Assembly (NCBI GenBank): GCA_018062825.1
Contig: JAGORL010000003.1
Coordinates: forward strand, 1,058 to 65,057
Origin: Patescibacteria group bacterium
GTDB taxonomy: Bacteria > Patescibacteriota > Patescibacteriia > UBA9934
Reading direction: 5' to 3'
DNA length: 64,000 nucleotides
Numbering within the stretch: position 1 is the first letter of the stretch; each line of letters begins with the position of its first letter. This document shows positions 15,001 through 27,061 of the stretch, one piece after another. Below the pieces are notes generated by a model. It was not told the origin of the DNA. It searched no databases and worked only from the letters and a program-made list of their open reading frames with translations. The translations under genes were made by a program, and so were the position numbers.

Positions 15001-18000
15001 CTGAAATGTCCCAGTCGGAAGAATTGATAGCAACAGTATCACCGCCATCACCGAGAGTGACCTGGCCATTAGCAGCAAGGGTGCCATTCGTGGTCGTCGT
15101 ACCAGTGACTGTTAACGCACCAGCAAACGAGGTCGCACCGGTACCGAGGAAGGCGAAACTTGGGTTTGTGGTGGCGTTTCCAAAGGAGATGTTCTCGGAA
15201 GCATCGGTTGTGTTGATGTTCAAGTAGTTATTACTTCCCTCTTGCAAGTCGTAGGCGTCAGCTGTGTTATCGGTGAGTGATGAGGCGAGGATGTCAGCCA
15301 AGAATGCGACCGTACCAGAAGCGTTCTGGAAGGTGATCGTGCGATCTGCAGTTGGATCTGTGATGGCAAAAGTTGTTTCTGAGCCATCAGCGGTTGCACC
15401 CTCAAACGTGAATGGTGAAGCACCCTGAACGGTGGAGTTCAAGGTGAAAGTATCCGTAGCTGCGTCACCGATTGTAGCGTTGCCGTCGGTCGTGATAGCG
15501 CCGAGGCCAGTGACGTCGCCGGTAGCGGAGATGTCCCAATCTGAGGAGTTGATAGCCACCGTGTCACCATTGTCACCAAGTGTGACTGTGCCGTTCGCGA
15601 CAAGAGCACCATTAGTCGTAGTGGTACCTGTAACAGTTACCGTGCTACCAGCGGTTACTGCACCATTAAGTGATACCGCACCGGTACCGGTAGCGAACGT
15701 GGTAGCACCTGACTGGGTGAAGTTACCGTCAAGCGCGATAGAACCAAGACCAGAGGCGTCGCCGGTAGCGGAGATGTCCCAATCTGAGGAGTTGATCGCG
15801 ACTGTGTCGCCACCGTCACCGAGAGTAACCTGACCGTTAGCAGCAAGAGCACCATTGGTCGTGGTCGTACCGGTAACGGTTAAGGTAGTAAGCGCACTTA
15901 ATGCACCACTTACTGCGAGGGTTCCTGAGATTGTTTGATTGCCGGTTAATGTGAGTTCAGCTGCGGTGACATCTAAGTTACCGGTGGCGTCAGATGCAAG
16001 GGTGACATCTGTACCACCGGAAGAGTAGAGGGTAACAAGACCGTTTGCAGCGCTATCCGTACCTACATATAAAGCTGCCGCAGATTCATCGAAGTACAAG
16101 GAAGCGCCAGCGATCGTAGTGTCACCGATGACGAAGTCGTCAGTTGTTGAGGTGAGGTATGTAAAGGCTCCAGCATCCGTCCACTTGGAAGAACCAGACG
16201 CGAGGCCGGTAATAACAGTATCAAGATCGTCTAAGACATCCTGAACATTGCCGCTATTTGAGTTGTCGAACTCGTCGAAGGTGCCAACAAGAGAAGCGCC
16301 GGAATCAGCATTACTCGTTCCAACGTCTGAGAGGTCGATAGCACCAATGGTAAGGGATGTAACGGTAGCGTCACCACCTGCAGTCACTCCCCAATCCGTT
16401 GAGTCGATAACAACAGCATTTGAACCGCTACCAATCGTTACCGTTCCGTTAGAGGTGCCAGTATTGATGTTAGTTGCGAAGTTGCTGCTAGCGTTCAAGT
16501 TAATGGCAGCACCAGAAAGCGCTGCACCAGCAGTGCCGGTCAACAAACCATCCATGGTGATCGTTCCAATACCAGAGGCATTACCGGTAGCAGAGATATC
16601 CCAGTCTGACGAGTTGATAGCAACAGTATCGCCACCATCACCAAGCGTGACCTGACCGTTAGCAGCAAGGGCGCCATTGGTGGTGGTCGTACCTGTGACT
16701 GTTAACGCACCAGCAAACGAGGTCGCACCGGTACCGAGGAAGGCGAAACTTGGGTTTGTGGTGGCGTTTCCAAAGGAGATGTTCTCCGAGGCGTCTGTAG
16801 TATTAACGTTAATGTAATTATTTGTTCCCTCTTGGAGGTCGTAGGCGTCAGTGACGTTATCGGTTAAATCTGTACCAGCAATGTCAGTAAGGAAAGCGAC
16901 GGTTCCACTCGCGTCCTGGAATGTAATCGTACGGTCAGATGTTGGGTCAGTAATTGAGAACGTTGTTTCCGAGCCATCAGCGGTACCGCCCTCAAACGTG
17001 AATGGCGAAGCACCCTGAACGGTAGCATTCAAGGTGAAGGTATCTGCAGCTGCGTCACCAATTGTAGCGTTGCCATCGGTTGTGACTGAGCCAAGACCTG
17101 TAACATCACCTGTTGCTGAGATGTCCCAATCTGAGGAGTTGATAGCCACGGTATCACCGTTGTCACCAAGTGTTACCTGACCGTTCGCGACAAGAGCGCC
17201 GTTTGTGGTCGTCGTACCGGTGACCGTTACTGTACTGCCAGCGGTTACTGCGCCGTTAAGCGACACCGCTCCCGTGCCGGTAGCGAATGTGGTAGCACCT
17301 GACTGAGTGAAGTTACCATCAAGTGCGATTGAACCAAGGCCAGTAGCATCACCTGTTGCTGAAATGTCCCAGTCGGAAGAATTGATAGCGACCGTGTCGC
17401 CGCCGTCACCGAGGGTAACCTGACCGTTAGCAGCAAGAGCGCCATTGGTGGTGGTCGTGCCGGTGACTGTGAGTGCCCCTGCCATTGAGGTCAAACCTGA
17501 ACCTAAGAATGCAAACGTTGGGTTTGTCGTGGCGTTACCAAAGGAGATGTTCTCCGAGGCGTTTGTCGTGTTGATGTTCAAGTAGTTATTGCTTCCCTCT
17601 TGAAGATCGTAAGCGTCAGTCGTGTTGTCGGTGAGTGATGAAGCAAGGATGTCGGCCAAGAAAGCGACCGTACCAGAAGCATTTTGGAAAGTGATTGTGC
17701 GGTCAGCTGTCGGGTCTGTGATGGCAAAAGTTGTCTCCGACGTGTCGGCCGTAGCACCCTCAAATACGAAAGGTGAAGCACCTTGGATGCCGGCGTTAAG
17801 CGTGAAGGTGTCGGTAGCTGCGTCGTTACCAAGGGTAGTGTTGCCGTCCGTTGTGACTGCGCCGAGGCCAGTGACGTCGCCGGTAGCGGAGATGTCCCAA
17901 TCGCTCGAGTTGACCGCGACGGTATCGCCACCGTCACCAAGAGTTACGGCGCCGTTTGCGACAAATGCAGAGCCGTTCGCAACCGTAGTTGCACCATTAA

Positions 18001-21000
18001 GTGATACCGCGCCAGTACCAGTCGAGAATGTAGTAGCACCGGACTGGGTGAAATTACCATCAAGCGCGATAGAACCAAGACCAGAAGCATCACCGGTTGC
18101 GGAGATGTCCCAGTCTGAAGAATTGATGGCAACCGTGTCGCCATTGTCACCGAGCGTTACTTGGCCGTTTGCCGCAAGAGCACCGTTTGTCGTGGTCGTA
18201 CCGGTAACCGTCAAAGCACCAGCGAATGAGGTTGCGCCGGTACCAAGGAAGGCGAAACTTGGGTTCGTGGTGGCGTTACCAAAGGAGATGTTTTCGCTCG
18301 CATTCGTCGTGTTGATGTTCAAGTAGTTGTTTGTTCCCTCTTGAAGATCGTAAGCGTCAGTCGTGTTGTCGGTGAGTGATGAAGCAAGGATGTCGGCCAA
18401 GAAAGCGACCGTACCAGAAGCATTTTGGAAAGTGATTGTGCGGTCAGCTGTCGGGTCTGTGATGGCAAAAGTTGTCTCCGACGTGTCGGCCGTAGCACCC
18501 TCAAATACGAAAGGTGAAGCACCTTGGATGCCGGCGTTAAGCGTGAAGGTGTCAGTTGCGGAGTCGTTACCAAGGGTGGTGTTGCCATCGGTCGTGATAG
18601 CGCCGACACCTGTGATGTCACCAGTTGCGGAAATATCCCAATCGCTTGAGTTGATAACTACCGTGTCACCATTGTCACCAAGTGTGACTGTGCCGTTTGC
18701 GACAAGAGCGCCGTTTGTGGTCGTCGTACCAGTGACCGTTACTGTGCTGCCAGCTGTTACCGCGCCGTTAAGCGATACTGCACCGGTACCGGTAGCGAAT
18801 GTGGTGGCTCCGGACTGAGTGAAGTTGCCATCAAGCGCGATTGAACCAAGACCGGAAGCGTCGCCGGTTGCGGAGATGTCCCAATCCGAGGAATTGATGG
18901 CAACCGTGTCGCCGCCGTCACCTAGCGTGACCTGGCCATTAGCGGCAAGGGCGCCATTGGTGGTCGTCGTACCAGTGACGGTTAAGGTAGTAAGCGCACT
19001 TAATGCACCACTTACTGCGAGGGTTCCTGAAATCGTCTGACTGCCCGTTAATGTAAGTTCTGCTGCGGTGACATCTAAGTTACCGGAGGCGTCAGATGCA
19101 AGGGTGACATCTGTACCACCGGAAGAGTAGAGGGTAACAAGACCGTTTGCAGCACTGTCGGTACCTACATATAAAGCTGCCGCAGATTCATCGAAGTACA
19201 AGGAAGCGCCAGCGATCGTAGTGTCACCGATGACGAAGTCGTCAGTTGTTGAGGTGAGGTATGTAAAGGCTCCAGCATCCGTCCACTTGGAAGAACCAGA
19301 CGCGAGGCCGGTAATAACAGTATCAAGATCGTCTAAGACATCCTGAACATTGCCGCTATTTGAGTTGTCGAACTCGTCGAAGGTGCCAACAAGAGAAGCG
19401 CCGGAATCGGCATTGCTCGTTCCGACATCTGACAAATCAATCGCACCGATCGTGAGAGACGTGACTGTGGCGTCACCACCAGAGGTAATTCCCCAGTCAG
19501 TCGAGTCGATAACAACGGAGTTTGAACCACTACCAATCGTCACCGTGCCGTTAGAGGTGCCGGTATTGATGTTGGTTGCGAAGTTGCTGCTAGCGTTCAA
19601 GTTGATGGCCGCACCGGAAAGTGTTGCACCAGCAGTGCCGGTCAACAAACCATCCATGGTGATCGTTCCAATACCAGAAGCGTTACCGGTTGCTGAAATG
19701 TCCCAGTCTGACGAGTTGATCGCGACTGTGTCTCCACCATCACCAAGCGTGACCTGACCGTTTGCCGCAAGAGCACCATTTGTGGTGGTCGTACCGGTAA
19801 CCGTCAAAGCACCAGCGAACGAGGTTGCGCCGGTACCGAGGAATGCGAAGGTTGGATTGGTCGTGGCGTTACCAAAGGAGATGCTCTCAGAAGCATTCGT
19901 CGTGTTGATGTTCAAGTAGTTATTGCTTCCCTCTTGAAGATCGTAGGCGTCTGCTGTGTTGTCCGTTAAATCTGTACCAGCAATGTCAGTAAGGAAAGCG
20001 ACGGTTCCACTCGCGTCCTGGAATGTAATCGTACGGTCAGATGTTGGGTCAGTAATTGAGAACGTTGTTTCCGAACCATCAGCGGTTGCGCCCTCAAACG
20101 TGAATGGCGAAGCACCCTGAACAGTGGAGTTCAAGGTGAAGGTATCTGCAGCTGCGTCACCGATCGTAGCGTTGCCATCGGTTGTGATAGCACCAATGCC
20201 TGTGACGTCGCCTGTTGCGGAAATATCCCAATCGCTTGAGTTAACCGCGACGGTATCGCCACCGTCACCAAGAGTTACGGTGCCGTTTGCTACGAAGGCA
20301 GAGCCGTTAGCAACGGTTGTTGCACCGTTAAGTGATACTGCACCGGTACCGGTAGCAAACGTAGTAGCACCTGACTGAGTAAAGTTACCGTCGAGTGCGA
20401 TAGAACCAAGACCAGAGACATCGCCGGTTGCTGAAATGTCCCAGTCTGAAGAATTGATGGCAACCGTATCGCCGCCGTCACCGAGAGTGACCTGACCGTT
20501 TGCCGTAAGAGCACCATTTGTGGTCGTCGTACCAGTGACCGTCAAAGCACCAGCGAATGAAGTTGCGCCGGTACCAAGGAATGCAAATGTTGGGTTCGTG
20601 GTGGCGTTACCGAAGGAGATGTTCTCAGATGCATCGGTTGTGTTGATGTTCAAGTAGTTGTTTGTTCCCTCTTGCAAGTCGTAGGCGTCAGCTGTGTTAT
20701 CTGTTAACACCGAACTTGCCAGATCAGACAAGAAAGCGACCGTACCAGAAGCGTTCTGGAAGGTGATGGTGCGGTCTGCGGTAGGATCCGTGATCGCGAA
20801 GGTGGTTTCTGAAGTGTCGGCAGTGCTGCCCTCAAACGTGAATGGCGAAGCACCCTGAATGGTGGCGTTCAAGGTGAAAGTGTCTGTCGCGGAATCGTTA
20901 CCAAGGGTGGTGTTACCGTCGGTCGTGATTGAACCGAGGCCCGTTGCATCACCGGTAGCCGAAATGTCCCAATCGCTCGAGTTAACTGTGACAGTATCGC

Positions 21001-22318
21001 CGCCATCGCCGAGAGTGACGGCGCCGTTTGCTACGAAGGCAGAGCCGTTTGCGACCGTGGTTGCGCCGTTAAGCGACACTGCGCCTGTACCGGTTGAAAA
21101 GGAAGTAGCACCGGACTGCGTAAAATTACCATTCATTGAGATGGCACCAAGACCAGTGGCGTCACCGGTTGCGGAAATGTCCCAGTCACTTGAATTGATT
21201 GCGACTGTGTCGCCATTGTCGCCGAGAGTTACCTGGCCATTGGCAGCAAAAACTCCGTTTGCGGTGGTTGTACCAGTGATATTCAATGCAGCAAGAGCAT
21301 TCAATGCACCGCTCACCGCAAGCGATCCAGAAATGGTTTGATTACCAGATAATGTGAGTTCAGCTGCGCTTACATCAAGATTTCCCGAGGCGTCCGCACC
21401 GAGAGTGACGTCATTGCCACCTGAGGAGTACAGCGTCAAAAGACCGTCGGCAGAACTATCTGTACCAAGATAGAGCGTTGAGGCGGATTCATCAAAGTAC
21501 AAGGAGGCTCCAGCGATTGTGGTGTCACCAAGGACAAGATCATCGGTCGCAGAAGTGAGGTATGTAAACGTGCCATCATCGGTCCATTTTGAACCGCCAG
21601 CACCGATCGCTGAATCAAGATCGTCTAGGATGTCTTGCAGGTTTGTGCTGCTAGAATTGGTAAATTCATCAAATACTCCAATGAGTGCTGCACCTGAGGT
21701 AACAGAACTTACACCAACTGCATCAAGCAAAATGCCATCGATCTCCACGGATCCAACATCTACCCCGCCAGACATGACTAGATTGCCACCGGTTAGGACT
21801 GGGATATCGGATCCGGTAGGTGTTTGTGACGGCGTGAAGCCGCCAAGGGTGTTGGCGTTGATTGCGTAACCGGAGGATGTGATGCGCTGACGCGGGGAAA
21901 GGGTTTCAAAAGTGACGCCAACACAAGAGCCTGCAACTTGAGCAGCGATTTCGGTATTGAGGTAAATCTCATCCGTAGATTCGAAATCGAAATCGAGTAC
22001 ATCTCCCCCAGCTCCAGTATCACCGATGCCGATATTGAAGACGCCGTACACGACCTCAGCGGTCATGGTGCTTGGAGAACCAGCTGGCCAGACTTTTACA
22101 TCGCCACCACCCGGAGCTGCGTCATCGTAGAAAGAGAAACGGAAACAGTAATCTGTACCCGATCCGCCAAGCAAATTATTTGAGGCATCGAGTAGGCGGC
22201 CTTGGTGTTCAATAATAGTCGGAGCACCTGTTGCGGCAACAGCAAACGGAACACCTTGAAAAAAGGGTCCTCCGATAGTCGACATGAACACGAAAATTGC
22301 AATGATGCGCCGCAGCAT
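1..22318 (-). CDS. giant tandem-repeat cell-surface protein (partial; at least 7,439 aa in window; C-terminus lies beyond the window start)
   Basis: The ATG at 22318 is directly preceded by an in-frame TAA at 22319-22321. The translation begins [31 protein letters not shown], a signal peptide or TM anchor, followed by an N-terminal domain [11 protein letters not shown]...[18 protein letters not shown]. The reading frame (first codon base at position congruent to 1 mod 3) was checked and is the same at 22318, 20230, 15535, 8533 and 1285. No in-frame minus-strand stops occur in 1-400. Typical repeat translations are [47 protein letters not shown] and [42 protein letters not shown]. Every minus-strand ORF the track lists here is in frame 0, none in frame 1, which fits a single open frame running off the edge. 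The ORF is absent from the track, presumably because there is no stop in the window. Confidence 0.8.
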   Translation of the reverse strand, partial: MLRRIIAIFVFMSTIGGPFFQGVPFAVAATGAPTIIEHQGRLLDASNNLLGGSGTDYCFRFSFYDDAAPGGGDVKVWPAGSPSTMTAEVVYGVFNIGIGDTGAGGDVLDFDFESTDEIYLNTEIAAQVAGSCVGVTFETLSPRQRITSSGYAINANTLGGFTPSQTPTGSDIPVLTGGNLVMSGGVDVGSVEIDGILLDAVGVSSVTSGAALIGVFDEFTNSSSTNLQDILDDLDSAIGAGGSKWTDDGTFTYLTSATDDLVLGDTTIAGASLYFDESASTLYLGTDSSADGLLTLYSSGGNDVTLGADASGNLDVSAAELTLSGNQTISGSLAVSGALNALAALNITGTTTANGVFAANGQVTLGDNGDTVAINSSDWDISATGDATGLGAISMNGNFTQSGATSFSTGTGAVSLNGATTVANGSAFVANGAVTLGDGGDTVTVNSSDWDISATGDATGLGSITTDGNTTLGNDSATDTFTLNATIQGASPFTFEGSTADTSETTFAITDPTADRTITFQNASGTVAFLSDLASSVLTDNTADAYDLQEGTNNYLNINTTDASENISFGNATTNPTFAFLGTGATSFAGALTVTGTTTTNGALTANGQVTLGDGGDTVAINSSDWDISATGDVSGLGSIALDGNFTQSGATTFATGTGAVSLNGATTVANGSAFVANGTVTLGDGGDTVAVNSSDWDISATGDVTGIGAITTDGNATIGDAAADTFTLNSTVQGASPFTFEGATADGSETTFSITDPTSDRTITFQDASGTVAFLTDIAGTDLTDNTADAYDLQEGSNNYLNINTTNASESISFGNATTNPTFAFLGTGATSFAGALTVTGTTTTNGALAANGQVTLGDGGDTVAINSSDWDISATGNASGIGTITMDGLLTGTAGATLSGAAINLNASSNFATNINTGTSNGTVTIGSGSNSVVIDSTDWGITSGGDATVTSLTIGAIDLSDVGTSNADSGASLVGTFDEFDNSNSGNVQDVLDDLDTVITGLASGSSKWTDAGAFTYLTSTTDDFVIGDTTIAGASLYFDESAAALYVGTDSAANGLVTLYSSGGTDVTLASDASGNLDVTAAELTLTGSQTISGTLAVSGALSALTTLTVTGTTTTNGALAANGQVTLGDGGDTVAINSSDWDISATGDASGLGSIALDGNFTQSGATTFATGTGAVSLNGAVTAGSTVTVTGTTTTNGALVANGTVTLGDNGDTVVINSSDWDISATGDITGVGAITTDGNTTLGNDSATDTFTLNAGIQGASPFVFEGATADTSETTFAITDPTADRTITFQNASGTVAFLADILASSLTDNTTDAYDLQEGTNNYLNINTTNASENISFGNATTNPSFAFLGTGATSFAGALTVTGTTTTNGALAANGQVTLGDNGDTVAINSSDWDISATGDASGLGSIALDGNFTQSGATTFSTGTGAVSLNGATTVANGSAFVANGAVTLGDGGDTVAVNSSDWDISATGDVTGLGAVTTDGNTTLGNDAATDTFTLNAGIQGASPFVFEGATADTSETTFAITDPTADRTITFQNASGTVAFLADILASSLTDNTTDAYDLQEGSNNYLNINTTNASENISFGNATTNPTFAFLGSGLTSMAGALTVTGTTTTNGALAANGQVTLGDGGDTVAINSSDWDISATGDATGLGSIALDGNFTQSGATTFATGTGAVSLNGAVTAGSTVTVTGTTTTNGALVANGQVTLGDNGDTVAINSSDWDISATGDVTGLGSVTTDGNATIGDAAADTFTLNATVQGASPFTFEGGTADGSETTFSITDPTSDRTITFQDASGTVAFLTDIAGTDLTDNVTDAYDLQEGTNNYINVNTTDASENISFGNATTNPSFAFLGTGATSFAGALTVTGTTTTNGALAANGQVTLGDGGDTVAINSSDWDISATGNASGIGTITMDGLLTGTAGAALSGAAINLNASSNFATNINTGTSNGTVTIGSGSNAVVIDSTDWGVTAGGDATVTSLTIGAIDLSDVGTSNADSGASLVGTFDEFDNSNSGNVQDVLDDLDTVITGLASGSSKWTDAGAFTYLTSTTDDFVIGDTTIAGASLYFDESAAALYVGTDSAANGLVTLYSSGGTDVTLASDATGNLDVTAAELTLTGNQTISGTLAVSGALSALTTLTVTGTTTTNGALAANGQVTLGDGGDTVAINSSDWDISATGDASGLGSIALDGNFTQSGATTFATGTGAVSLNGAVTAGSTVTVTGTTTTNGALVANGTVTLGDNGDTVAINSSDWDISATGDVTGLGAITTDGNATIGDAATDTFTLNSTVQGASPFTFEGATADGSETTFAITDPTADRTITFQNASGTVAFLADILASSLTDNTADAYDLQEGSNNYLNINTTDASENISFGNATTNPSFAFLGTGATSFAGALTVTGTTTTNGTLAANGQVTLGDGGDTVAINSSDWDISATGDASGLGSIALDGNFTQSGATTFATGTGAVSLNGAVTAGSTVTVTGTTTTNGALVANGQVTLGDNGDTVAINSSDWDISATGDVTGLGAVTTDGNATIGDAATDTFTLNSTVQGASPFTFEGATADTSETTFAITDPTADRTITFQNASGTVAFLADILASSLTDNTTDAYDLQEGTNNYLNINTTNASENISFGNATTNPTFAFLGSGLTSMAGALTVTGTTTTNGSLAANGQVTLGDGGDTVAINSSDWDISATGDASGLGSIALDGNFTQSGATTFATGTGAVSLNGAVTAGSTVTVTGTTTTNGALVANGAVTLGDNGDTVAINSSDWDISATGDVTGIGAITTDGNATIGDAATDTFTLNATVQGASPFTFEGATADTNETTLSVVDPTADRTINIPNASGTFAVSASGPISLSAAGDISCATCVTGATAFIQDGNTFGAEAVLGTNDAFALSFETDSVTRLTISDTGTIDALSNLIVNIGDAGTDFTSGGGLTLAGTLTANGQVALGDNGETVAINSSDWDISTTGDATGLGAVTMDGLLTGTAGATLSGAAINLNASSNFATNINTGTSNGAVSIGGGSGTVAINSSDWDISATGDVTGLGSVTTDGNTTLGNDSATDTFALNAGIQGASPFVFEGATADTSETTFAITDPTADRTITFQNASGTVAFLADILASSLTDNTADAYDLQEGSNNYLNINTTDASENISFGNATTNPTFAFLGTGATSFAGALTVTGTTTTNGALTANGTVTLGDGGDTVAINSSDWDISATGDASGLGSIALDGNFTQSGATTFATGTGAVSLNGAVTAGSTVTVTGTTTTNGTLVANGQVTLGDNGDTVAINSSDWDISATGDVTGLGAVTTDGNATIGDAATDTFTLNSTVQGASPFTFEGATADTSETTFAITDPTADRTITFQNASGTVAFLADILASSLTDNTADAYDLQEGSNNYLNINTTNASENISFGNSTTNPSFAFLGTGATSFAGALTVTGTTTTNGALAANGQVTLGDGGDTVAINSSDWDISATGNASGIGTITMDGLLTGTAGAALSGAAINLNASSNFATNINTGTSNGTVTIGSGSNAVVIDSTDWGITSGGDATVTSLTIGAIDLSDVGTSNADSGASLVGTFDEFDNSSSGNVQDVLDDLDTVITGLAAGSSKWTDAGAFTYLTSTTDDFVIGDTTIAGASLYFDESAAALYVGTDAAANGLVTLYSSGGTDVTLAADASGNLDVTAAELTLTGNQTISGTLAVSGALSALTTLTVTGTTTTNGALAANGQVTLGDGGDTVAINSSDWDISATGDASGLGSIALDGNFTQSGATTFATGTGAVSLNGAVTAGSTVTVTGTTTTNGALVANGAVTLGDNGDTVAINSSDWDISATGDVTGLGAVTTDGNTTLGNDSATDTFTLNAGIQGASPFVFEGATADTSETTFAITDPTADRTITFQNASGTVAFLADILASSLTDNTANAYDLQEGSNNYLNINTTDASENISFGNATTNPTFAFLGSGLTSMAGALTVTGTTTTNGALAANGQVTLGDGGDTVAINSSDWDISATGDASGLGSIALDGNFTQSGATTFSTGTGAVSLNGAVTAGSTVTVTGTTTTNGALVTNGAVTLGDNGDTVAVNSSDWDISATGDATGLGSVTTDGNTTLGNDSATDTFTLNAGIQGASPFVFEGATADTSETTFAITDPTADRTITFQNASGTVAFLADILASSLTDNTANAYDLQEGSNNYLNINTTNASENISFGNATTNPSFAFLGTGATSFAGALTVTGTTTTNGALTANGTVTLGDGGDTVAINSSDWDISATGDASGLGSIALDGNFTQSGATTFATGTGAVSLNGAVTAGSTVTVTGTTTTNGALVANGTVTLGDNGDTVAINSSDWDISATGDVTGLGALTTDGNTTLGNDSATDTFTLNAGIQGASPFVFEGATADTSETTFAITDPTADRTITFQNASGTVAFLADILASSLTDNTANAYDLQEGSNNYLNINTTNASENISFGNATTNPTFAFLGTGATSFAGALTVTGTTTTNGALAANGQVTLGDGGDTVAINSSDWDISATGDASGLGSIALDGNFTQSGATTFATGTGAVSLNGAVTAGSTVTVTGTTTTNGALAANGQVTLGDNGDTVAINSSDWDISATGDVTGLGAVTTDGNTTLGNDAATDTFTLNAGIQGASPFVFEGATADTSETTFAITDPTADRTITFQNASGTVAFLADILASSLTDNTANAYDLQEGSNNYLNINTTNASENISFGNATTNPTFAFLGTGATSFAGALTVTGTTTTNGALAANGQVTLGDGGDTVAINSSDWDISATGDASGLGSIALDGNFTQSGATTFSTGTGTVSLNGPTTVANGSAFVANGAVTLGDGGDTVAINSSDWDISATGDLTGIGTISMNGLLTATAGATISGSDVNINNDGSASVFIGAGTSTGDIFIGNPSAAIEILGSGVNYSSSGIFDLQELDLQGPASIAGDIIQLGAVDLSTGTGAVSLNGATTVANGSAFVANGTVTLGDNGDTVAINSSDWDISATGDVTGLGAVTTDGNTTLGNDTATDTFTLNAGIQGASPFVFEGATADTSETTFAITDPTADRTITFQNASGTVAFLADILASSLTDNTADAYDLQEGSNNYLNINTTNASENISFGNATTNPTFAFLGTGATSFAGALTVTGTTTTNGALAANGQVTLGDGGDTVAINSSDWDISATGDASGLGSIALDGNFTQSGATTFATGTGAVSLNGATTVANGSAFVANGAVTLGDNGDTVAINSSDWDIDATGAITGVAFDANGAGNSITNIESADIVNSTIVSADIAAGTIQASDIANDEFDFTEFADAMALDSALSLIGTAGETITINRLLTNNTTENGFTLGVTASDTGSGTTNQFGLYIDNVASTEGLDAFVVLDNSDTDDSVGAAIKIVDAGGTLVNIFDNAGILISGAELNVLDGGITLGELTDSGTLTATTVDINGGNIDGTAIGASSASTGAFTTLSSTGATTLGNGSSTVAINSSDWDISATGDATGLGSIALDGNFTQSGATTFATGTGAVSLNGAVTAGSTVTVTGTTTTNGALAANGQVTLGDNGDTVAINSSDWDISATGDVTGIGAITTDGNATIGDAATDTFTLDATVQGASPFTFEGATADTSETTFAITDPTADRTITFQDASGTVAFLTDIAGTDLTDNTTDAYDLQEGTNNYLNINTTNASENISFGNATTNPSFAFLGTGATSFAGALTVTGTTTTNGALAANGQVTLGDGGDTVAINSSDWDISATGDASGLGSIALDGNFTQSGATTFATGTGAVSLNGAVTAGSTVTVTGTTTTNGALVANGAVTLGDNGDTVAINSSDWDISATGDVTGLGAVTTDGNTTLGNDSATDTFTLNAGIQGASPFVFEGATADTSEATFAITDPTADRTITFQNASGTVAFLADILASSLTDNTADAYDLQEGTNNYLNINTTNASENISFGNATTNPTFAFLGTGATSFAGALTVTGTTTTNGALAANGQVTLGDGGDTVAINSSDWDISATGDASGLGSIALDGNFTQSGATTFATGTGAVSLNGAVTAGSTVTVTGTTTTNGALVANGQVTLGDNGDTVAINSSDWDIDATGTITGVAFDANGSGNSITNIDNADLTNDTINFDKITDSGTLDGVFTVTGAAGRTITFARTMTNGVAERGVHIEAVGSDTGSATTQQSALYVDNAASTEGVDSLLTLDNSDTDDAVGTAIRIIDAGGTFVNIIENQGILISGAELNVLDGGITLGELTDSGTLTATTVDINGGNIDGTAIGASSASTGAFTTLSSTGATTLGNGSSTVAINSSDWDISATGDATGLGSIALDGNFTQSGATTFATGTGAVSLNGAVTAGSTVTVTGTTTTNGALVANGQVTLGDNGDTVAINSSDWDISATGDATGLGSVTTDGNTTLGNDSATDTFTLNAGIQGASPFVFEGATADTSETTFAITDPTADRTITFQNASGTVAFLADILASSLTDNTADAYDLQEGTNNYLNINTTNASENISFGNATTNPTFAFLGTGATSFAGALTVTGTTTTNGALVANGQVTLGDNGDTVAINSSDWDISATGDATGLGSVTTDGNTTLGNDSATDTFTLNAGIQGASPFVFEGATADTSETTFAITDPTADRTITFQNASGTVAFLTDTLSSTLTDNTANALDIQEGTNNYFNINTTNSSENISFGNATTNPTYTFLGTGATTVTGLLTASGSFDAVGSITLDGSTAAIEIISPAWEISSGGTIYTTADLAVDGNTVLGSNSADTIAINATFLGASPLTFEGASVDANETAFAITDPTADNTITFQNASGTVAFLTDTISPNLTDNVTNALDIQEGTNNYININTTNGAEAIVFGTAATTPDFTFIGNVTVQDNFTLGDGSDTASINTADWDISLSGALTGIGAITMDGNLTQSGATTFSTGTGAISLNGATTVASGSAFVANGTVTLGDNGDTVAINSSDWDISAIGDVTGIGSLTMDGTFTQTGSAAFSTGTGAISLNGSTTIANGSTLTANGQIVLGDNGDTIAIDSSDWDISVTGDVTGLGSVTTDGSTILGNDTATDTFTLNAGIQGASPFVFEGVTSDANETTFAITDPTADRTITFQNASGTVAFLSDISGGSAAWDTINDPSGNGAIAMGATVQSLDWSTITSTTGLSVTGGTAMTSGTIMQVGGATFVHTAASEVGQAMKITFTDASTNANNDGVTSGLDIESTINTSGAGTKTINGINIDTPTLTACTTGACTWNGLNVSGGTGSLSNVTSVGLKVEAGSGSGTEYAALFSGGSVGINNAAPTDLLEVGSETDRGNINVHGDIDLKGYVIEKGITGINDIIIYDTTKDSDAGDWTKSSKAQVTSWYTEAKDDGDDDDCVLTDDRCGKSQFPQIAIIATTDSELYIIDANSHELWMRFTQDGTYALGANTNNDPSGVAAFNGVVYVGTNGSSGTGMYAIDFIRDRMYRYNST
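1200..21600 (-). repeat. nested in-frame tandem coding repeats: a ~768-bp (~256-aa) unit in at least 18 copies, some expanded to 1.56-1.7 kb by an extra ~0.8-kb module; each unit contains 2-3 sub-repeats of ~80 aa built around ..[16 protein letters not shown]..
   Basis: The plus-strand marker ttccctcttg (antisense of ..QEGTNNY..) recurs at about 1876, 2921, 4582, 5353, 7061, 8231, 9001, 9772, 10543, 12137, 12905, 14468, 15235, 16827, 17593, 18333, 19926 and 20664, plus a variant at about 2391. The intervals are about 770 bp or about 1,590 bp. The motif gatgtcccaatc recurs roughly every 240-270 bp. Copies are imperfect, about 85-95% identical by eye. Confidence 0.85.
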
Positions 22319-22354
22319 TTACTGGGGTTTTGCGTATTTTTAACAAGAACACTG

Positions 22355-22368
22355 CAATTATATCACCC
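22355..22368 (-). promoter_or_regulatory. candidate extended -10 promoter (TGaTATAAT) for the giant gene
   Basis: The minus strand reads ggTGaTATAATtgcagtg about 35 nt upstream of the ATG at 22318. There is no clear -35 element and no obvious Shine-Dalgarno sequence. Confidence 0.4.
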
Positions 22369-22400
22369 GCGCAACACCATGAGTAACTTTTGGTCTCAGG

Positions 22401-22889
22401 TTATCCCCCTATTCTTCCCATGCCTGCAAGAGCGATAGCAACGGCATCAGCGGCGTCATCTGGTGAGGGTGGATGAGGTAATTTTAGGGTGAGCGCAACC
22501 ATATCTTGCATCTGTTTTTTGTCAGCCTTGCCGTACCCTGTGAGAGCTACTTTTACCTCGATCGGCTTGATGTTAAAAACGGGTAAACCGAAGTCAGCAG
22601 CGATGAGCTGTAGCACTCCCCTGACCTCCGCAACCTTGAGAGCCGTTGTGACGCTTTTTGCAAAAAAGAGATCCTCCAGCATTACGACATCTGGCTTCTC
22701 TTTTTCGATAATAGCTCGAACGTCGGTTGCGATTTCACGCAGACGCTCTTCTTGTGCCATGTCTTTACTCGTAGTAATCACGCCACAGCGCACGAGCGTT
22801 GGCTCAAAGCGAGCTGAAACAGCAATGACACCAAAGCCCAGGCGGCCATAGCCAGGATCAAAACCAATGATACGATGCGGACCTTTCAT
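22401..22889 (-). CDS. ruvC: crossover junction endodeoxyribonuclease RuvC (Holliday junction resolvase)
   Basis: The 162-aa product begins MKGPHRIIGFDPGYGRLGFGV, an N-terminal motif typical of RuvC. Its size fits RuvC, and acidic catalytic residues are present. Confidence 0.9.
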   Translation of the reverse strand: MKGPHRIIGFDPGYGRLGFGVIAVSARFEPTLVRCGVITTSKDMAQEERLREIATDVRAIIEKEKPDVVMLEDLFFAKSVTTALKVAEVRGVLQLIAADFGLPVFNIKPIEVKVALTGYGKADKKQMQDMVALTLKLPHPPSPDDAADAVAIALAGMGRIGG

Positions 22890-22960
22890 AGTTCCCCTAT
22901 TCTAAGGGCGATGCGACAAAAGCAAAACTCGTCATCCCACAGGTGATTCGTTTTATTCTT

Positions 22961-23014
22961 ATTTTTTCTAATAAAAAGATCCCCTTTGCTTATTCAGCTG
23001 AGGGGATCTTCTTT
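22961..23014 (-). terminator. rho-independent terminator downstream of rpoC
   Basis: An inverted repeat aagatcccc (about 22976-22984) and ggggatctt (about 23002-23010) has a 17-nt loop. On the minus strand it is followed by a TTTTATT run, immediately after the rpoC TAA at 23015-23017. The plus side also carries a T-run, so it may act in both directions. Confidence 0.6.
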
Positions 23015-26000
23015 TTACTCTTCAGTTTTTGCACTCGCTTCTTCAGCGATAACGTTTCCTGTTTGTGGACCTACGGAACGAATCTCTTCTTCAAGTGCCG
23101 ACAAGGCGCTTGGAGCAGACTCCTTAGCCGGAGCCAAGTGGAGCTCGTTACCTGGGAAACCGGTACCGGCCGGGATTAAGCGACCGATAATAACGTTTTC
23201 CTTCAAACCGTCCAAAAGATCGATCTTACCCGTAACAGCGGCGTTAATAAGCACGCGAGCCGTTTCCTGGAAAGAAGCGCTTGAGAGCCAGCTTTCTGTT
23301 GAGAGCGAAACCTTGGTGACACCAAGGAGCAACTGCTCAAAGGTCGGACCTTTACCGTTAACTGCTGCAACAGCATCGATCTCATCAAGTAAACTAGCCT
23401 TTTCAACAACTTCACCTGGTAAGAGGTTGGAATCACCTGGATCAAGAACGCGGATGCGGCTAAACATCTGACGAATCATGACCTCAATGTGCTTGTTGTT
23501 CAACTTCTGACCCTGTGATGAGTAGATGAACTGCATTTCCTTTGAAAGGTAGAGCTGAACGGCGTACTGACCCTTAGCTTTGAAGAGTGACTGAAGGTCC
23601 AAGTGACCATCGGTCAACGCATCACCAGCCTGCACCTCTGTATTCTCCTTTACGAGCATGGTGTAGCCGTGCGGGATGATGTACTCACGTACCTTTTCAG
23701 CCTCATGAACCACGGTAACAACGCCCTTTGAAAGCTTAGCGGTACCACTGACATCGCTTACTACCTTGTCACCGGAAGACTTCTCACCAACTACATCACC
23801 TTCACGAACCTTTTCACCCTCAGCGACCGTGGCATTACCACCACGACCAAGGATAAAGGCCTTCTCCTCAACTGCTGCGTGGCGAATCTTGACGATCTTT
23901 TGGCCTGGAGTGGTATCGATGATCTCCTTACCTGTACCAGCTTGCACCACGGTACGAGAGGCTTTCTCGATTTCAACCTTACCAGAAACCTCAGTCATGA
24001 TTGCTTTACGCTTTGGTAAACGGGCTTCGAAAAGCTCTTCAACGCGAGGGAGACCTTGCGTAATATCTTTTCCAGCCACACCACCAGTGTGGAAGGTACG
24101 CATGGTGAGCTGAGTACCCGGCTCACCGATTGACTGCGCAGCGATAATACCAACAGCTGTACCAAGCTTTACCAGCTTGTTATGAGACAAGTCATAGCCG
24201 TAGCACTTCTGACATACACCACGACGGATGTGGCAGGTCATAACAGAGCGCACATGCGCCTCCTCAAGCTCCTTATCAGTGTCACGAAGAGCACGAATGT
24301 GCGTTTCCGTGATGAGTTCATCCGCCTTGATAAAGGCTTTCTTTTCACCTGGAAGCTTTACGTCGGAAAGTGTGTAACGACCAAGGATACGAACAAGAAG
24401 TGGCTCACCGATTTCATCAGATTCGGCCTTTGTCAGTACCACGCCCTTATCGTCTCCACAGTCTTCTTCACGAACCACTACGTCTTGCGCAACGTCAACG
24501 AGACGACGGGTCAAGTAACCAGCGTTGGCAGTCTTAAGTGCGGTATCGGTCAAACCTTTACGTACACCGTGAGAGGAGATGAAGAACTCAAGCACCGATA
24601 CACCATCTTTAAATGATGATTTTACCGGGAGCTCGATAACGTCTCCGGAAGGTGAGGTCTTCAAACCGATCATACCGATCGTCTGGGTCATCTGACCCCA
24701 GGCACCACGAGCACCGGACTCAATCATGGTGTATGCAGAGTTGTCTTGTGCAAGAGAATTCTTGGAAAGATCTGCGATACGGTCCTTGATCTCAGTCCAA
24801 ACCTTGATGATTTGGGTGTGACGCTCACTTTGGGTGAGCAAGCCCTGTGCGTAGTACTCCTCAATCTCAAGCACGCGGCGATCACCTTCGGCGATAATCT
24901 CCCCCTTACCCTTTACTTCAGGCAAGCCGTCGATACCGTAGGAGTAACCGGAACGGGTAGCGTACTCAAAGCCGAGGTTCTTGAAATCATCAAGTACCTG
25001 AGCGGTAAATTCTTGACCGTAGTATTCCAAGCTGTCGCGGATGATGGCGGCAAGCTCTTTCTTTCCAAGAATCTTGTTCTGGAAGCCGATCTTTTCTGGA
25101 ATACGACTGTTTACAATCAAACGACCAGCGGTTGTGACAACGCGCTCTCCGTTCATACGCACGCGAATCCACTCCTGGAAGATGATGGCTCCTTGAGAGA
25201 GGGCGTAAAGCGCAGATTGTTCATCTGGGAATGACTTCATGGTCTTCTCATCAGGCTCAGTGAGCGTCATGGTGAGATAGTACGAAGCCCAAGCGATATC
25301 TTTACTTGGCGTAGCAACCGGACCACCAAAAGATGGCTTCAAAAGGTTACGGATGGAGAGCATGGTGTGCTCAGCCTCATAACGAGCCTCAGCGGTAAGC
25401 GGAACGTGAACGGCCATCTGGTCACCGTCGAAGTCAGCGTTATACGCTTCACATACGAGTGGGTGAATCTGGAGCGCCTTACCTTCAATAAGCTTTGGAC
25501 GGAACGCCTGAATACCCAAACGGTGCAGGGTTGGAGCACGGTTCAAGAGGACGTAGCTGTCACGAGTTACCTCTTCCAAGATATCCCATACTTCAGGGCG
25601 ATCACTTTCAATGAAGCGATTGGCTGAACGGATGTTGTGCACGTATTCACGACCGATCAACTTAGCAATAACGAATGGGCGGAAAAGTTCCAACGCCATT
25701 TTCTTTGGAATACCACACTCTGAAAGCTTCAAGTGAGGACCAACAACGATAACGGAACGACCGGAGTAGTCGATACGCTTACCAAGCAAGTTCTGACGGA
25801 AGCGACCCTGCTTACCCTTCAAGATGTCAGCCAAACTCTTCAGCTGGCGCTTCTTACCGGTAGCAGCAATGACGGTTTTTGACTGACGAGCGGAGTTATC
25901 AATAAGAGCATCAACAGCCTCCTGCAACATGCGCTTCTCGTTGCGGGTGATAACCTCAGGGGCGTTCAATGCGAACAAGCGACGCAAACGGTTATTGCGG

Positions 26001-27061
26001 TTAATAACGCGACGGTAAAGATCGTTCAAGTCTGAGGTAGCAAAGCGACCACCATCAAGCGGTACCATTGGACGCAAGTCTGGTGGGATCACTGGGATAA
26101 CACGGGTGATCATCCAGCCTGGAGCAACGTTATTCTTTTCAAGAGCCTTGAAAAGCTTCAAACGACGCATGATGCGATCATACTTTGCTTTTGACGAAGT
26201 GCTCTCTAGTTCCTCAGTGAGCACTTTGACCGTTTCCTGCATGTTCACACGCTCAAGGAGCTTGGCGATCGCTTCTGCACCAATGCCAGCATCAAAGATG
26301 TGGCCGTAGCGCATGGACCACTCGTGGTATGCGGTTTCTGAAATAACCTTCAAAGGAACAAGGTCCTTCAAATCGCGGTCAACCTGAATGAAATCTTTTT
26401 CAAGTTCATCAAGTTTCTCGGCAGCTGCTGATTCAATACGGGCAAGTTCAGCCTTGAGGCCAGACTTGTCGTCAGCGAGCTTCTCTTCAGCGCGCGTAAC
26501 GTCACGCTTCTTTTCGCCTTCAATTGTACGCTTCTTAGCCTTGTACTCTTCCTTTACCTGCTCGATGGTCATCTGACGAGCCTCTTCATTAACATCTGTA
26601 ATGATAAACGCACCGAAGTAGACAACCTTTTCAATGGACTGTACGCCAAGATCAAGTACGGTACCGATCTTTGATGGTACGCCACGCAAGAACCAAATGT
26701 GGGTTACTGGAGCGGCAAGCTCAATGTGACCCATGCGTTCACGACGAACGGAGGTCTGCGTCACTTCAACGCCACATTTGTCACAAACTATGCCCTTGTA
26801 GCGGATCTTTTTATATTTACCACAGTAACACTCCCAGTCCTTGGAAGGTCCGAAGATTTCTTCAGCAAAGAGACCCTGCTTTTCAGGCTTCTGGGTGCGG
26901 TAGTTGATCGTTTCTGGCTTGGTGACTTCACCGTAGGACCAGCTGCGAACAACTTCTGGAGAGGCGACTTTCAAGCGGATGCTGTCGAAGTCGGTCGACT
27001 TAAGCGTTTCGAATTTAATAGCCATATATTCTCGCTTACGAGCGACGTGGCGCACCGCCAT
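23015..27061 (-). CDS. rpoC: DNA-directed RNA polymerase subunit beta-prime
   Basis: Hallmark beta-prime motifs are present: [12 protein letters not shown] (the catalytic Asp triad), the zinc-binding Cys cluster, and the trigger loop [10 protein letters not shown]. The track start at 27061 is probably over-extended. The likely true start is Met13 ([14 protein letters not shown]) at the ATG at 27025, which removes the apparent 26-nt overlap with rpoB. The protein is about 1,336-1,348 aa. Confidence 0.97.
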   Translation of the reverse strand: MAVRHVARKREYMAIKFETLKSTDFDSIRLKVASPEVVRSWSYGEVTKPETINYRTQKPEKQGLFAEEIFGPSKDWECYCGKYKKIRYKGIVCDKCGVEVTQTSVRRERMGHIELAAPVTHIWFLRGVPSKIGTVLDLGVQSIEKVVYFGAFIITDVNEEARQMTIEQVKEEYKAKKRTIEGEKKRDVTRAEEKLADDKSGLKAELARIESAAAEKLDELEKDFIQVDRDLKDLVPLKVISETAYHEWSMRYGHIFDAGIGAEAIAKLLERVNMQETVKVLTEELESTSSKAKYDRIMRRLKLFKALEKNNVAPGWMITRVIPVIPPDLRPMVPLDGGRFATSDLNDLYRRVINRNNRLRRLFALNAPEVITRNEKRMLQEAVDALIDNSARQSKTVIAATGKKRQLKSLADILKGKQGRFRQNLLGKRIDYSGRSVIVVGPHLKLSECGIPKKMALELFRPFVIAKLIGREYVHNIRSANRFIESDRPEVWDILEEVTRDSYVLLNRAPTLHRLGIQAFRPKLIEGKALQIHPLVCEAYNADFDGDQMAVHVPLTAEARYEAEHTMLSIRNLLKPSFGGPVATPSKDIAWASYYLTMTLTEPDEKTMKSFPDEQSALYALSQGAIIFQEWIRVRMNGERVVTTAGRLIVNSRIPEKIGFQNKILGKKELAAIIRDSLEYYGQEFTAQVLDDFKNLGFEYATRSGYSYGIDGLPEVKGKGEIIAEGDRRVLEIEEYYAQGLLTQSERHTQIIKVWTEIKDRIADLSKNSLAQDNSAYTMIESGARGAWGQMTQTIGMIGLKTSPSGDVIELPVKSSFKDGVSVLEFFISSHGVRKGLTDTALKTANAGYLTRRLVDVAQDVVVREEDCGDDKGVVLTKAESDEIGEPLLVRILGRYTLSDVKLPGEKKAFIKADELITETHIRALRDTDKELEEAHVRSVMTCHIRRGVCQKCYGYDLSHNKLVKLGTAVGIIAAQSIGEPGTQLTMRTFHTGGVAGKDITQGLPRVEELFEARLPKRKAIMTEVSGKVEIEKASRTVVQAGTGKEIIDTTPGQKIVKIRHAAVEEKAFILGRGGNATVAEGEKVREGDVVGEKSSGDKVVSDVSGTAKLSKGVVTVVHEAEKVREYIIPHGYTMLVKENTEVQAGDALTDGHLDLQSLFKAKGQYAVQLYLSKEMQFIYSSQGQKLNNKHIEVMIRQMFSRIRVLDPGDSNLLPGEVVEKASLLDEIDAVAAVNGKGPTFEQLLLGVTKVSLSTESWLSSASFQETARVLINAAVTGKIDLLDGLKENVIIGRLIPAGTGFPGNELHLAPAKESAPSALSALEEEIRSVGPQTGNVIAEEASAKTEE

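Noticed and set aside
1200-21600. Possible CRISPR array or other non-coding periodic element, suggested by strong periodicity
   Set aside because: The period is about 770 bp or about 1.6 kb, not 28-37 bp direct repeats with unique spacers. Copies are imperfect and fully in-frame coding. There are no cas genes.
402-21869. Dozens of plus-strand ORFs of 60-257 aa (e.g. 402..1175, 1176..1868, 17622..18326) and minus-strand frame-0 ORFs with the repeated proteins [23 protein letters not shown].. and ..[22 protein letters not shown]..
   Set aside because: All lie inside the giant minus-strand frame-1 gene and are in other frames. They are compositional shadow ORFs of a GGT/ACC-rich repeat: low complexity, no independent starts or promoters, and they repeat with the same period as the real gene.
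27036-27061. Apparent 26-nt overlap of rpoB and rpoC
   Set aside because: It is an artefact of the track taking the most upstream start. The conserved beta-prime N-terminus begins at the ATG at 27025, leaving a 10-nt gap.
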